Shown here piece by piece: positions 1 through 9,275 of a stretch of DNA of 32,000 bases. The notes under the pieces were generated by a model, which saw only the letters and a list, made by a program, of their open reading frames with translations, was not told the origin of the DNA and ran no database searches. Source of the DNA: Modestobacter marinus (GTDB taxonomy: Bacteria > Actinomycetota > Actinomycetes > Mycobacteriales > Geodermatophilaceae); the NCBI RefSeq assembly GCF_019799945.1, contig NZ_JABGCH010000002.1, forward strand, positions 294,219 to 326,218, read 5' to 3'. The position numbers were made by a program, and so were the translations under genes. Position 1 is the first letter of the stretch; every line of letters starts with the position of its first letter.

Positions 1-11
1 CCGGACCGGAG

Positions 12-782
12 GTGAGCGAGGTGACCGAACCGGGCACCGCGGCAGACCAGACCCGCGCCCTGCCCGTGGGCAGCACCGCGAAGGCGCTCGTCGTCCTGCA
101 GGCGCTGGCCCGGGCGGGCGGCGCGGTGCAGCTGGCCGACCTGGCCCGCGACTGCAGCGTCTCCAAGCCCAGCGCGCACCGGGTCCTCGCCGGGCTGCGG
201 GAGCTGGCGTGGGTCCGCGCGCACGAGGGCGGCCGGTACTCGCTGGGCCCGCAGGCCTACGCGTTCGCCGCCATGGCGTCGCCGGGGACCTCCGTCGAGC
301 AGGCCCTGGCCGGGCTGCGGGACGCCGTGGGGCACACCGTGCACGCCGGTGTCCTGCTGCACGACCACGTCGTCTACACCCACAAGCTCGACGGCCGCGA
401 CCAGTTCGTCATGCGGTCGCGGGTCGGCGCGACGGCGCCGCTGCACTGCACGGGCATGGGCAAGGCGCTGCTGGCGCACCTGCCCGAGGACCAGGTCGCG
501 GCGGTCCTCGCCGCGGGTCTCCCCGGCCGGACGGCGGGCACCCTTACCGACCCCGACGCGCTGCGCGCTGAGCTGGGTCTGATCCGGGAGCGGGGCTACG
601 CGGTCGACGACGAGGAGAACGAGCAGAACATCCGCTGCATCGCCACCGTGGTGCCGGAGAGCCTCGGCCACCCGCTGCGGGCGGTGAGCATCTCGACGGT
701 CACCTTCCTCACCGACCGCGAGCAGTTGATGAGCTACGTCCCCGCGCTGCTGCAGTGCGCGCGGTCGCTGACCACCTCCTGA
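12..782 (+). CDS. IclR-family transcriptional regulator
   Basis: 256-aa ORF. N-terminal winged-HTH (LADLARDCSVSKPSAHRVLAGLRE) and C-terminal IclR effector domain (GKALLAHL, ERGYAVDDEENEQNIRCIA). Start is GTG 12, or GTG 21 which sits 8 nt after GGAGG at 8-12. Confidence 0.85.
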   Translation: MSEVTEPGTAADQTRALPVGSTAKALVVLQALARAGGAVQLADLARDCSVSKPSAHRVLAGLRELAWVRAHEGGRYSLGPQAYAFAAMASPGTSVEQALAGLRDAVGHTVHAGVLLHDHVVYTHKLDGRDQFVMRSRVGATAPLHCTGMGKALLAHLPEDQVAAVLAAGLPGRTAGTLTDPDALRAELGLIRERGYAVDDEENEQNIRCIATVVPESLGHPLRAVSISTVTFLTDREQLMSYVPALLQCARSLTTS

Positions 783-831
783 GCGCGCGGTGCGCCGCCG
801 GCCCCCGGGAGGATCGGTGCACTGTCCGGGT

Positions 832-849
832 CGGACGCCGTGGCGTCCG
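832..849. promoter_or_regulatory. 8-2-8 inverted repeat CGGACGCC-GT-GGCGTCCG between the IclR gene and the SDR RBS
   Basis: Perfect arms read directly. It is flanked by direct GTCCGGG copies (824-830, 845-851) and lies immediately 5' of the GGAGGAGGA RBS (851-859). It could be an operator or a small RNA hairpin. Confidence 0.3.
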
Positions 850-865
850 GGAGGAGGAGACGGAG

Positions 866-1621
866 ATGGCGCAGTACGACGTGGGCGGCCGGTCGGCGAT
901 CGTGACCGGAGGCGGTTCGGGCATCGGCCGGGCCGTGGTCCTGGAACTGGCCGCCAGCGGCGCGGCGGTGCTGGTGGCGGACCTCGCCGAGCAGGCGGCG
1001 GCCGAGGTCGCCGAGGCGGCCCGTGCCGCCGGCGGGACGGCGGCCTCCTTCGTGGCCGACGTCAGCGACGTCACCGCCGTGGAGGCGATGGTCGCCGCCG
1101 CCGGGGAGCTCGGCCCGCTGCGGGTGGCGATCAACAACGCGGGCATCGGGGGCCAGGCCGCGCCACTGGCGGACTACTCGCTGGAGAGCTGGCGGAAGGT
1201 CATCGAGGTCAACCTCAACAGCGTCTTCTACTGCATGCGCGCGGAGATCCCCGCGATGGTCGCCGCCGGCGGCGGGTCGATCATCAACATGGCCTCGGTC
1301 CTCGGCGGCGTCGGGTTCGCCGCGTCCAGCGCCTACGTGACGGCGAAGCACGGGGTCGTGGGCATGACCAAGAGCGCGGCGCTGGAGTACGCGGCGCAGG
1401 GCGTCCGGGTCAACTCGGTCGGCCCGGGCTTCATCACCACGCCGCTGCTGGAGGCCAACCTGGACCAGCCGACCATCGACTTCCTCAGCGCCAAGCACGC
1501 GCTGGGCCGGATGGGCACCGCGGACGAGGTGGCCGGTCTGGTCGCCTTCCTCGCCAGCGACGCCGCCTCGTTCGTCACCGGCAGCTACCACCTGGTCGAC
1601 GGCGGCTACGCCGCCCAGTGA
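866..1621 (+). CDS. Short-chain dehydrogenase/reductase (classical SDR, FabG-like)
   Basis: ATG at 866 follows the RBS GGAGGAGGA. Motifs seen: TGGGSGIGRA (TGxxxGxG), NNAG, and a Ser...YxxxK catalytic motif (SSAYVTAKHG). The upstream part of track ORF 755..1621 is non-coding. Confidence 0.9.
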   Translation: MAQYDVGGRSAIVTGGGSGIGRAVVLELAASGAAVLVADLAEQAAAEVAEAARAAGGTAASFVADVSDVTAVEAMVAAAGELGPLRVAINNAGIGGQAAPLADYSLESWRKVIEVNLNSVFYCMRAEIPAMVAAGGGSIINMASVLGGVGFAASSAYVTAKHGVVGMTKSAALEYAAQGVRVNSVGPGFITTPLLEANLDQPTIDFLSAKHALGRMGTADEVAGLVAFLASDAASFVTGSYHLVDGGYAAQ

Positions 1622-1624
1622 GCA

Positions 1625-1659
1625 GCCGTGGCCCCGGGGCGCCCGCCCGGGGCCACGGC
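1625..1659 (+). terminator. GC-rich hairpin (14-bp stem, 7-nt loop) 4 nt after the SDR stop
   Basis: GCCGTGGCCCCGGG/CCCGGGGCCACGGC pair perfectly (1625-1638 with 1646-1659). There is no U-tract, which is the I-shaped type common in GC-rich actinobacteria. Confidence 0.5.
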
Positions 1660-1696
1660 CGAGGAGCACAGACGGCCGGCTGCGCGGCCGGCCGGG

Positions 1697-1980
1697 TCAG
1701 GTGGACGACGACGGCCATGACGACGGCGACGACACCCAGCCCCGCGAGCACCGGGGCGAGCCCACCGGCCGGACCAGCCCGCCGACCAGGGTGACCACCA
1801 CCGGCCGGGCCAGCTGCGCCCACGGGAGCGGCGGGAGCGTTCCGGACCTGGACGCCGTCCGCTGCGCGGGCTGCCCGACGTAGCGGGCGGCGAGCAGGGC
1901 GAGCGGGATGCTCACCGCGTAGAGCCGGAACGGCGTCCGCCAGCTGTGCGCGCCGAGCGCGCCGCCGAGGCCGAACAGCC
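1697..1980 (-). pseudogene. Possible remnant of a membrane-transporter (MFS-like) gene
   Basis: The minus-strand translation reads GLFGLGGALGAHSWRTPFRLYAVSIPLALLAARYV...PLPWAQLARPVVVTLVGGL. TM-like sequence (LAPVLAGLGVVAVVMAVVV) then continues only in another frame. No credible start or full length. Weak. Confidence 0.2.
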
Positions 1981-2030
1981 CTACGTGAGCACCTTCATCG
2001 CTGACCGGGCCGCCGACACCTTCGCCCAGC

Positions 2031-3056
2031 TCAGGCGCTGGCCTCGGCGACCGCCCGGGCGGCGTCCGGGCGGTCCGCGGAGGGGGTGCGCAGGGCGGAC
2101 AGCGTCCTGCGCACCCCCTCCTCGTAGGAGGTCGGGGTCAGCCCGAAGCTCCGGGCCGCCCGGCTGCCGTCGACCACGAACGGCTGCTCGAACTGGTACA
2201 CCAGCTCGGCGCCCTCCCGGACGATCGGGACGACCCGGCCGACGGCACGGAACCTGGTGGTCCCGTGCCGCAGCAGCCACAGCCGCGTGCCGGCCTGCCG
2301 GCAGGCCTCGGCCGCCAGCGCCCGACCCGTGGTGGGCGCGGGGTGGGGCACGTGCCAGACCGCCGCGTCCGACGTGTCCGTCGTGCCGAGGACGGCGACG
2401 GTCCGGGCGAAGTCGTCCACGAAGGTGGGGGTCAGCGGGAGGTCGGGGTCGCCGACCCAGTGCACGGGACGCCCCCGCAGCGCCGGGCCGAAGACGTTGC
2501 CGGCGATGAGGGACCGCACGCCGGGCCCGTACAGCTCCCCGGCGCGGGCGATGCTGACCTGCAGCCGCCCGGCGGCGGCCGCGTGCAGCATCCGCTCGGC
2601 GAGCCAGGCACGGAGGACCCCCCGGCTGCTGACCGGCCGCCAGGGGGTGTCCTCGGTCATGGGGGCCCGCACCCGGCCGTACATCCAGGTGTCGTCGGCG
2701 TAGACCAGCCGGGCGCCGACCGCGCTCGCGGCGTCGATCAGGGCATCGGTCAGCGCCGGGAAGTCCCGGGTCCACCGCAGGAAGGGCGGCATGACGCAGT
2801 GGTGGACCGCGACCGCCCCGCGGCAGGCCGCGGTCAGCGCCGCGCCGTCGGCCGCGTCAGCCGCGACGGCCTCGACGCCCGGGGTGCCGACGTCGCGACC
2901 GTCCCGGGTCACGGCTCGGACCCGGAGCCCGGCTGCGGACAGGTGGGCGACGACCAGCCGGCCGACCGCTCCGCCGGCGCCCACCACCACGTGGACGCCG
3001 TCCGCGGGCGACGTCGGCGGGGCGGGGCGGTCGGGGGGCGACGACGGACGGGACAC
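2031..3056 (-). CDS. NAD(P)-dependent epimerase/dehydratase-family (atypical SDR) protein
   Basis: 341-aa ORF with a GTG start preceded by GAGGAGG. Rossmann motif VVVGAGGAVGRLV is present. The gene lies downstream of, and on the same strand as, the monooxygenase. Confidence 0.8.
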   Translation of the reverse strand: MSRPSSPPDRPAPPTSPADGVHVVVGAGGAVGRLVVAHLSAAGLRVRAVTRDGRDVGTPGVEAVAADAADGAALTAACRGAVAVHHCVMPPFLRWTRDFPALTDALIDAASAVGARLVYADDTWMYGRVRAPMTEDTPWRPVSSRGVLRAWLAERMLHAAAAGRLQVSIARAGELYGPGVRSLIAGNVFGPALRGRPVHWVGDPDLPLTPTFVDDFARTVAVLGTTDTSDAAVWHVPHPAPTTGRALAAEACRQAGTRLWLLRHGTTRFRAVGRVVPIVREGAELVYQFEQPFVVDGSRAARSFGLTPTSYEEGVRRTLSALRTPSADRPDAARAVAEASA

Positions 3057-3108
3057 GGGGACCTCCTCGGCTCGGTGGGAAAACGGATCGGACGGCGGAG
3101 TCGCGGCG

Positions 3109-4777
3109 TCAGCGGATCACTGAACTGCTCCGCCGGAAGAACATGGCGCCGAGGTACGCCCGGAGCGCCACCTCGTCGGCCGGCGTCGACCGGTGCCCGA
3201 TGTACCCGTCCGGCCGCACGAAGACGAGCGCCCCGGCCGCCGCCCCGTAGAGCCGGTGCGCCTCCCCGGCCGGGTCGAGCACCGCGGTACCGGCGTCCAG
3301 CTCTGCGGGCACCCGGTCGGCCGGGACCACGACCCGGGCACGGACGTCGCCGCCGCAGCGGTCCCCGACCTCGCGCGCCAGCACGGCCAGCCGCTCGGGC
3401 GCGGGGTGCGTCGCCCGGCCGGCGAACAGGAGCAGCGTGGCGTGCGGGCCGCGGAAGAGGTCGAACAGTCGGGTCGGCCCGCTCCCGTCCGCGGCCCGGC
3501 ACCGGGCGTCCGGCGCCCGGTCCCCGGCGTGCGGCCCCCGCCAGGAGCGGACCCGGGTGGCGACACCGCCGACGCGGTCCCGGGACAGGGAGCTCCCCCG
3601 GTAGGAGACGGTGAGCTCCGCGGACCGGTCGAGCACCGCCCGCTGGACGGAGTCGAGCCGGAGCAGCGGGGCGAGCACCCGCTCGCGCAGCTGCCGCACG
3701 ACCGGGTGCGCGGAGAAGACGACGGTGTGCCCCCGGTCGCTGCCCGCCAGCACCGACCGGGCGACCGACAGCCGCTCCTCCTGGTACGTGTCGAGCAGGT
3801 CCTCCGACGCCGAGCCGGCCAGCACGAGCCCGAGCTTCCAGCCCAGGTCGTAGGCGTCCTGCACACCGGTGTTCAGCCCCTGTCCCCCGGCGGGGCTGTG
3901 CACGTGTGCGGCGTCGCCGGCCAGCAGCACCCGGCCCACCCGGTACCTGTCCACGAGGGCCGCCCGCGGGGCGAACTCGGACAACCAGGTGGGGTCGTGC
4001 AGCCGCACGCCCGGGGAAGCCGCGCTCGGCGAACAGCCGCTGCAGCAGCTCCACCGTGACCGGCTCGGGCCCGCCCGTGGAGGGAACGGCGGCCTGCACC
4101 TGCCAGGTCCCGCGCCCGTCGAGCGGATCGGCGGCCAGGTACTCGCGCCCGTCGAACGAGGCGACGGCGACCCCGGGCTCCAACCCGTCGATCTCGACGT
4201 CGCCCAGCACGAAGCGCTCCTGCCTGCCCTTCCCCCGCAGCGGCAGGCCGACCAGCTCGCGCACCGTGCTGTGCCCGCCGTCGCACCCGACGACGTGGTC
4301 GGCGCGCACGACCTCGGGTGGGCCGGCGGTGCCCCCGAGCGTCGCCGTGACGGCACCCTCGTCCTGTGCCAGGGCCACCAGCTCGCGGCCCAGCTCCACG
4401 GCTCCGCCGAGCGAGGCGAGCCGGTTCCGCAGCAGCTCCTCCGTCCGCCACTGCGGGAGGATGACGAGGTCGGGGTACGGGACGCCGGGGCGCGGCGGTC
4501 GCGACGGGACCGACAGGTCGGCGACCAGCCTGCCCCCGGCGTACAGGCGCAGCCGGTGGGCCCGGCGGCCGGCCGCGAGCACCTGCTCCGCGATCCCCAG
4601 GTCGTCGAAGACCTCCAGGGTCCGCGGCTGGAGGCCCTTGCCGCGGGACCGCCGGTGGAACGCGACCGCGCGGTCGACGACGCGGCAGCCGACCCCGCGC
4701 CGGAGCAGGTCGCAGGCGAGGGACAGGCCGGTCGGGCCGGCTCCCACGACGAGCACCTGGACGTCGGTGGTCCCCAT
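3109..4777 (-). pseudogene. FAD-dependent aromatic-ring monooxygenase (PheA/TfdB class A), frameshifted
   Basis: The N-terminal part is in the frame of ORF 2909..4777 (VLVVGAGPTGLSLACDL, CDGGHSTVR). The C-terminal part is in the frame of ORF 3109..4356 (GRVLLAGDAAHVHSPAGGQGLNTGVQDAYDLGWKL plus a thioredoxin-like tail). The frames switch at about 4010-4017, where the minus strand reads TTC CCC GGG c GTG CGG. This is an apparent +1 nt insertion in a C/G run. Confidence 0.85.
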
Positions 4778-4918
4778 GCGGGCCTCCCTCGGTTCTCCGT
4801 CCTCGCCTCGTCACCCTGGCACCCGGAGGGCGGCCCGCGGACCGGCAGGATCGCCGGGTCCAGGGCCGGCGTGCAGCGAGCGCTCGGCGGACCGGTTCTG
4901 CTCCTCCCCCGGTCTCGC

Positions 4919-4924
4919 TAGCGT
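4919..4924 (+). promoter_or_regulatory. Candidate -10 hexamer TAGCGT, 6 nt before GTG 4931 (leaderless mRNA?)
   Basis: Fits the actinobacterial TANNNT pattern. No RBS lies before the start codon, and the spacing is typical of leaderless transcripts. Confidence 0.35.
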
Positions 4925-4930
4925 GGCGGC

Positions 4931-7641
4931 GTGCTCGCAGGCAGGGCGGTGGAGCTGGGCCTGATCGACCGGTTGCTGGACGACGCCCGCGGCTCCACAG
5001 GCCGGGCACTGGTCCTCCGCGGGACCGCCGGGATGGGCAAGTCCGCCCTGCTGGGCGCCGCGCGGCAGCGGGCCGGGAACATGACCGTGCTCTGCGCCCA
5101 GGGCATCGAGTCGGAGTCGGAACTGGCCTTCGCGGGACTGCACCAGCTGCTGCGCGGCGTGCTCGCCCACCTGCCCGCCCTGCCGCCACCCCAGGCGGAC
5201 GAGCTGCGCAGCGCGCTGGGGCTGGCGCGGAGGGGACCGGTCGACCGCTTCCTCGTCTCGGTCGGCGTGCTCGGCCTGCTCGCCGAGGCCGCCGAGGAAC
5301 GGCCGGTGCTCTGCCTGGTGGACGACGCGCACTGGCTCGACGTCGCCTCGGCGGACGCCCTGGTGTTCGCCGCCCGGCGCCTGCTGGCCGAGCGGATCGC
5401 GGTGCTGTTCGCCACGCGGGACGGCGACGGTTCCCGCTTTCCCGGGGGCGGGCTGCCCGAGCACCGGCTGCCGGGCCTGGATCCCGCCTCGGCCGCCGTC
5501 CTGCTCGGCGAGTCGCTGGGCACCCCCGCGCCACCGGAGGTCGCCGCCCGTCTGGTCCAGGCCACCGGGGGAAGTCCCTTCGCGCTGCTGGAGCTGCGGT
5601 CGGCCCTCTCGGGAGCGGAGCTGCGGGGTGCCGCTCCGCTCCCGGTCCCCCTGCCGCTCACCGACGACCTCGCCGGTCTGGTCCTGGCGCGGTTCCGCCG
5701 GCTGCCGGACGCCACCCGCACCCTCCTGCTGGTCGCCGCGGCCGACGACACGGGCAGCGCCGGCACCGTGCTCGCCGCGAGCCGCCACCTGGACGTCGCA
5801 GCTGACGCGCTGGCCCCCGCGGAGGACAGCGGGCTGGTGGCGGTGGTCGAGGACCGGCTGGTGTTCCGGCATCCGCTGGTCCGGTCGGCGATCCTGCGCG
5901 ACGCCGGGTCCGCGGACCGGCGCGCGGCCCACCGGGCGCTGGCCGGAGCCCTCGCCGCGGACCCCGACCGCAGCGCCTGGCACCGCGCCGGTGCCGCGGT
6001 GCCCCCGGACCGTGAGGCGGCGGCGGGGCTGCTCGCGACGGCCGCGCGCGCCCGGGACCGTGGCGCCTTCGACGCGGCCTCGGCGGCGACCGAGCGCGCG
6101 GCCGGCCTCGCCCCGGTGGACGACCGCAGCGGTCACCTCGTGCGGGCCGCCGTCGACGCCTGGCTCGCCGGGCAGACCGGGCGCGCGCGGGAGCTCTCCG
6201 CCCGGGCGCGGGCCGGGGCGACGGGACCCCTGCGGAGGGAGCTCGACCGGCTCGCCGGGACGATCGAGTTCCACTGCGGCCGTCCGGCGGAGGCCTTCGC
6301 CGTCCTCGTCCGGGCCGCCGAGCAGGCCGAGGACGACGGGGAGGCCGTGCGCCTGCTCGCCGAGGCCGCCGAGGCGGCCTCCATCGACGGGAACCTCGCC
6401 GGCTGCCGGGAGGCGGCTTCGATCGCCGGCCGCCGCGGCCCGCCGCCGGACCCCGACGACGGGGTGCTCCGGGATCTCGTCGTCGGGATGGGGGCGTTCC
6501 TGGCCGGTGACCGGGACCGGGCAACCCCGCTGCTCCGCCGGGTCGTCGACGCCGGACGGTCCCTGACGGGGGTGGTGCCGCTGGCACAGGCCGGTCGCGC
6601 GGCGTGGTACCTGGGCGACGAGGGGACGGCGCAGACGCTGTTCGAGCGGTCGGTGCAGGCCGCTCGCGACGCGGGGCAGCTGGGCCTGCTGCCCTACGCG
6701 CTGAACCGGCTGGCGGCCTGCGAGGTGGGAGCCGGGCGCTGGGGCTCGGCGACCGCCTACTACGAGGAGGCGCTGGAGCTGGCCCGCGCGACCGGCCAGG
6801 AGGAGGTGGTCGGCCACCTCCTCGGTGGTCTGGCGCAGCTCGCGGCCTTCCGCGGGGACGAGCCGGCGCTGCTGTCGCTCGCGGACGAGTTCCGGCGGGT
6901 GGCCGGGCCCCGCGGCCTGGTGCTGCTGCAGGAGCAGGTGGCCTGGGCCCACGGGCACCTCCGGCTGTCCGAGGGCCGGACCGCCGAGGCGCTCGCGGCG
7001 ATGCGGGAGATCGGCCATCCCGCCGTCCTGGCCGCCTCCCTGGTCGACCGGGTCGACGCCGCCGTCCACGCCGGCGAGGCCGGACTCGCCCGGCGGTGGG
7101 TCGACACCTGGTCCCGGGAGGTGAGCCGGCGCAGGCCGGCCTGTCCTGCGCCCAGGCCCACGCCCGGGCGCTCGTCGCCGAACCCCCGGAGGCCGAGCGC
7201 TGCCTCGCCCACGCCGGCCGGCCGGGCACGCCGGGCCGCCCCCTGGACCGGGCCCGGGCGGCCCTCGCCTGCGGGGAGCTGCGCCGCCGGCACGGACGCC
7301 GGCTCGACGCCCGGGGGCCGCTGGAGGCGGCCGTCCAGGGGTTCGGCGCGCTCGGCGCCGAGCGGTGGGCCGACCGGGCCCGGCGCGAGCTCCGCGCCGC
7401 CGGCCGGTCGGTCCGGACCGAGCAGCCGGGCCCGAACGCCCGGTTGACCCCGCAGGAGCTGCAGGTCGCCCGGTACGCCGCTCTCGGCCGTTCCAACCGG
7501 GACGTGGCGGCGCTGCTGTTCCTCTCCCAGCGGACCGTCGACTTCCACATGCGCAACGTCTTCGCCAAGCTGGGCATCGCCTCGCGCACGGAGCTCGCCC
7601 ACCTGCCCCTGGACCGGCTGGCCGCGACCCGCTCCGGTTGA
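4931..7641 (+). pseudogene. Large ATP-binding LuxR-family (LAL/MalT-like) regulator, frameshifted
   Basis: Walker A LRGTAGMGKSALL and Walker B VLCLVDDAHWLD are followed by a long helical/TPR-like middle. The C-terminal LuxR HTH (LTPQELQVARYAALGRSNRDVAALLFLSQRTVDFHMRNVFAKLGI) is only in the frame of ORF 6604..7641. The frames switch at about 7110-7130 (TCCCGGGAGGTGAGCC). The 2711-nt span is not a multiple of 3, so this is an apparent 1-nt deletion. Confidence 0.85.
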
Positions 7642-7660
7642 GCCGGCCCGGCCGGCCGGG

Positions 7661-8134
7661 TCACGACCCGTGCGCGCCCTGCGGGGCCGACCGGGCCGCC
7701 GGCGAGCCGGGGGTGCCGGCCGGCCCGGTGGGCAGCCGGAAGGCCAGCACGGCCAGCAGGACGGCGGCGACCGAGACCAGGCTCAGGGTCACCGTCTGCA
7801 GGACCTGGTCGGTGGCGGTCTCCAGGACGTGCAGGTTGCCCTGGTGGTAGGCCTGGTGCGGCAGGTAGGCGGCGAGGGCTGCGAGACCGGTCGCCCGGGC
7901 CAGCCACACGCCCCCGGTGAGCAGCGCCACCAGGGCCACCACCCCGATCGCCAGGTTGCCCTGCCCGACGTCGCGGAGCAGGTGCTCGTTGTACGGGCCG
8001 TCGACGCTGACCCAGTGCCGGCCCCAGCCCGGGAAGTCCCGGTAGAACGACTCGGGCGCGGCCATCTGCCAGATCCCGACGCCCAGGCCGAAGAACGTGA
8101 ACCAGCCGAGCAGGACGGTGACCGTGCGGTGCAT
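7661..8134 (-). CDS. Hypothetical integral membrane protein (about 4 TM)
   Basis: ATG 8134 is preceded by GAGGAGG. Hydrophobic segments: VTVLLGWFTFFGLGVGIW, LAIGVVALVALLTGGVWL, GLAALAAYL, VTLSLVSVAAVLLAVLAF. Confidence 0.7.
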   Translation of the reverse strand: MHRTVTVLLGWFTFFGLGVGIWQMAAPESFYRDFPGWGRHWVSVDGPYNEHLLRDVGQGNLAIGVVALVALLTGGVWLARATGLAALAAYLPHQAYHQGNLHVLETATDQVLQTVTLSLVSVAAVLLAVLAFRLPTGPAGTPGSPAARSAPQGAHGS

Positions 8135-8283
8135 CGCGGGTGCCTCCTCGCATTCGGGAACCCCCGCAGGATGCTCCGGAACCCCGCCTCGTGGACCGGC
8201 ACGATCGCCGGGTCGCACCGGCCCGCCCGGCTCCTACCGTCGGCCCCGTCGGGCAACGGGCAGGCAGCCGCGAGGAGGACCCC

Positions 8284-9228
8284 GTGTCGACGTTCGTGAC
8301 CGGCGGGACGGGCGCCCTCGGGACGCCCACCGTCGCCCTGCTCCGCGAGCGCGGGCACGCGGTGCGCGCCGTCGCCACCACGTCCGCATCGGCGGCCAGG
8401 CTGGCGGGCATGGGGGCCACGCCGGTCCAGGGCTCGCTGTTCGACCCGGGGGTGCTCACCACCGGCCTGGCCGGGGTCGACGCGGTGCTGCACCTCGCGA
8501 CGCGCATCGCACCGATGTCGACGGCGCGGCGCCGCTCCGCCTGGGCGGAGAACGACCGCCTCCGGGCGGAGGGGACCCGGCTGCTGGTCGACGCCGCACT
8601 GGCGCAGGGAGTCGGGGTGCTGGTGTACCCGAGCTTCGCCCTGGTCTACGCGGACGGCGGGGCGACATGGCTCTCCGCGGGCTCCCCGATCGCGCCCACC
8701 GACGTCCTGCGGTCCACGGTGGTCGCCGAGCAGGAGGTGGCCCGCTTCACCGCGGCCGGCGGCCACGGCGTCGTGCTGCGCATGGCTGGGATCTACGGTC
8801 CGCACTCGGCGGCGACGCGGGACGTGCTGGCCCTCGCCGAGAAGGGGATCTCGGGCTTCGTCGGGCCTGCCGACGCCTTCCAGCCGCTGGTGTGGGACGA
8901 GGACGCCGCCGCCGCGCTCGTCGCCGCCGTCGAGACGGAGGGCCTGTCCGGCACGTTCGACGTCGTCGACGACGAGCCGCTCACCCGGGCCCAGCTGGCC
9001 GCGGCGCTGGCCGCCGCGGTGGGCCGGGAGCGGGTCCACCGACCGCCCACTCCCCTGGTCCGGCTCGCCCTGGGGCGCCGGCTCGGGTTCCTCCTCCGCA
9101 GCCAGCGGGTGTCCCACCGGCGGTTCACCGACGCGACCGGCTGGGCGCCGCGGGTGCGGAGCGCGCGGGAGGGGCTGCGGCTGGCGCGGGCCGCGGTCGC
9201 CGCGAGCCAGGCGGTTACCCGCCGCTGA
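8284..9228 (+). CDS. NAD(P)-binding epimerase/dehydratase-family protein
   Basis: GTG 8284 follows GAGGAGGA. N-terminal Rossmann motif VTGGTGALG. The upstream part of track ORF 8140..9228 is not coding. Confidence 0.8.
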   Translation: MSTFVTGGTGALGTPTVALLRERGHAVRAVATTSASAARLAGMGATPVQGSLFDPGVLTTGLAGVDAVLHLATRIAPMSTARRRSAWAENDRLRAEGTRLLVDAALAQGVGVLVYPSFALVYADGGATWLSAGSPIAPTDVLRSTVVAEQEVARFTAAGGHGVVLRMAGIYGPHSAATRDVLALAEKGISGFVGPADAFQPLVWDEDAAAALVAAVETEGLSGTFDVVDDEPLTRAQLAAALAAAVGRERVHRPPTPLVRLALGRRLGFLLRSQRVSHRRFTDATGWAPRVRSAREGLRLARAAVAASQAVTRR

Positions 9229-9263
9229 GCCCGTTGCGCGCTCCACCGCCCCGGCGACCGCCC

Positions 9264-9269
9264 TAGCAT
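9264..9269 (+). promoter_or_regulatory. Candidate -10 hexamer TAGCAT, 6 nt before ATG 9276 (leaderless mRNA?)
   Basis: TANNNT hexamer, no RBS, and the same geometry as at 4919-4931. Confidence 0.35.
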
Positions 9270-9275
9270 CGCCGG

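Noticed and set aside
4004-4019. Programmed ribosomal frameshifting as the explanation for the split monooxygenase (and likewise the LuxR regulator at about 7110-7130).
   Set aside because: Neither site has a canonical X XXY YYZ slippery heptamer in the required phase. I saw no obvious downstream pseudoknot or hairpin, and these families are not known to use recoding. Mutation or homopolymer sequencing error is more parsimonious.
7642-7660. GC palindromic run GCCGGCCCGGCCGGCCGGG between convergent stops, considered as a terminator.
   Set aside because: The complementary arms are separated by only 1 nt, so no viable hairpin loop forms. It is just low-complexity GC sequence.
5658-8507. Very long ORFs antisense to, or out of frame with, real genes. 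Examples: 5658..8507 (949 aa), 4811..7069 (752 aa), 3873..5534, 7789..9537, 16092..18002, 20940..22751, 26354..28318, 26418..28082 and 9441..11114.
   Set aside because: Their translations are monotonous Arg/Pro/Gly/Ala strings with no motifs. They overlap genes with clear family signatures. Open frames like these are expected in very GC-rich DNA because stop codons are AT-rich.
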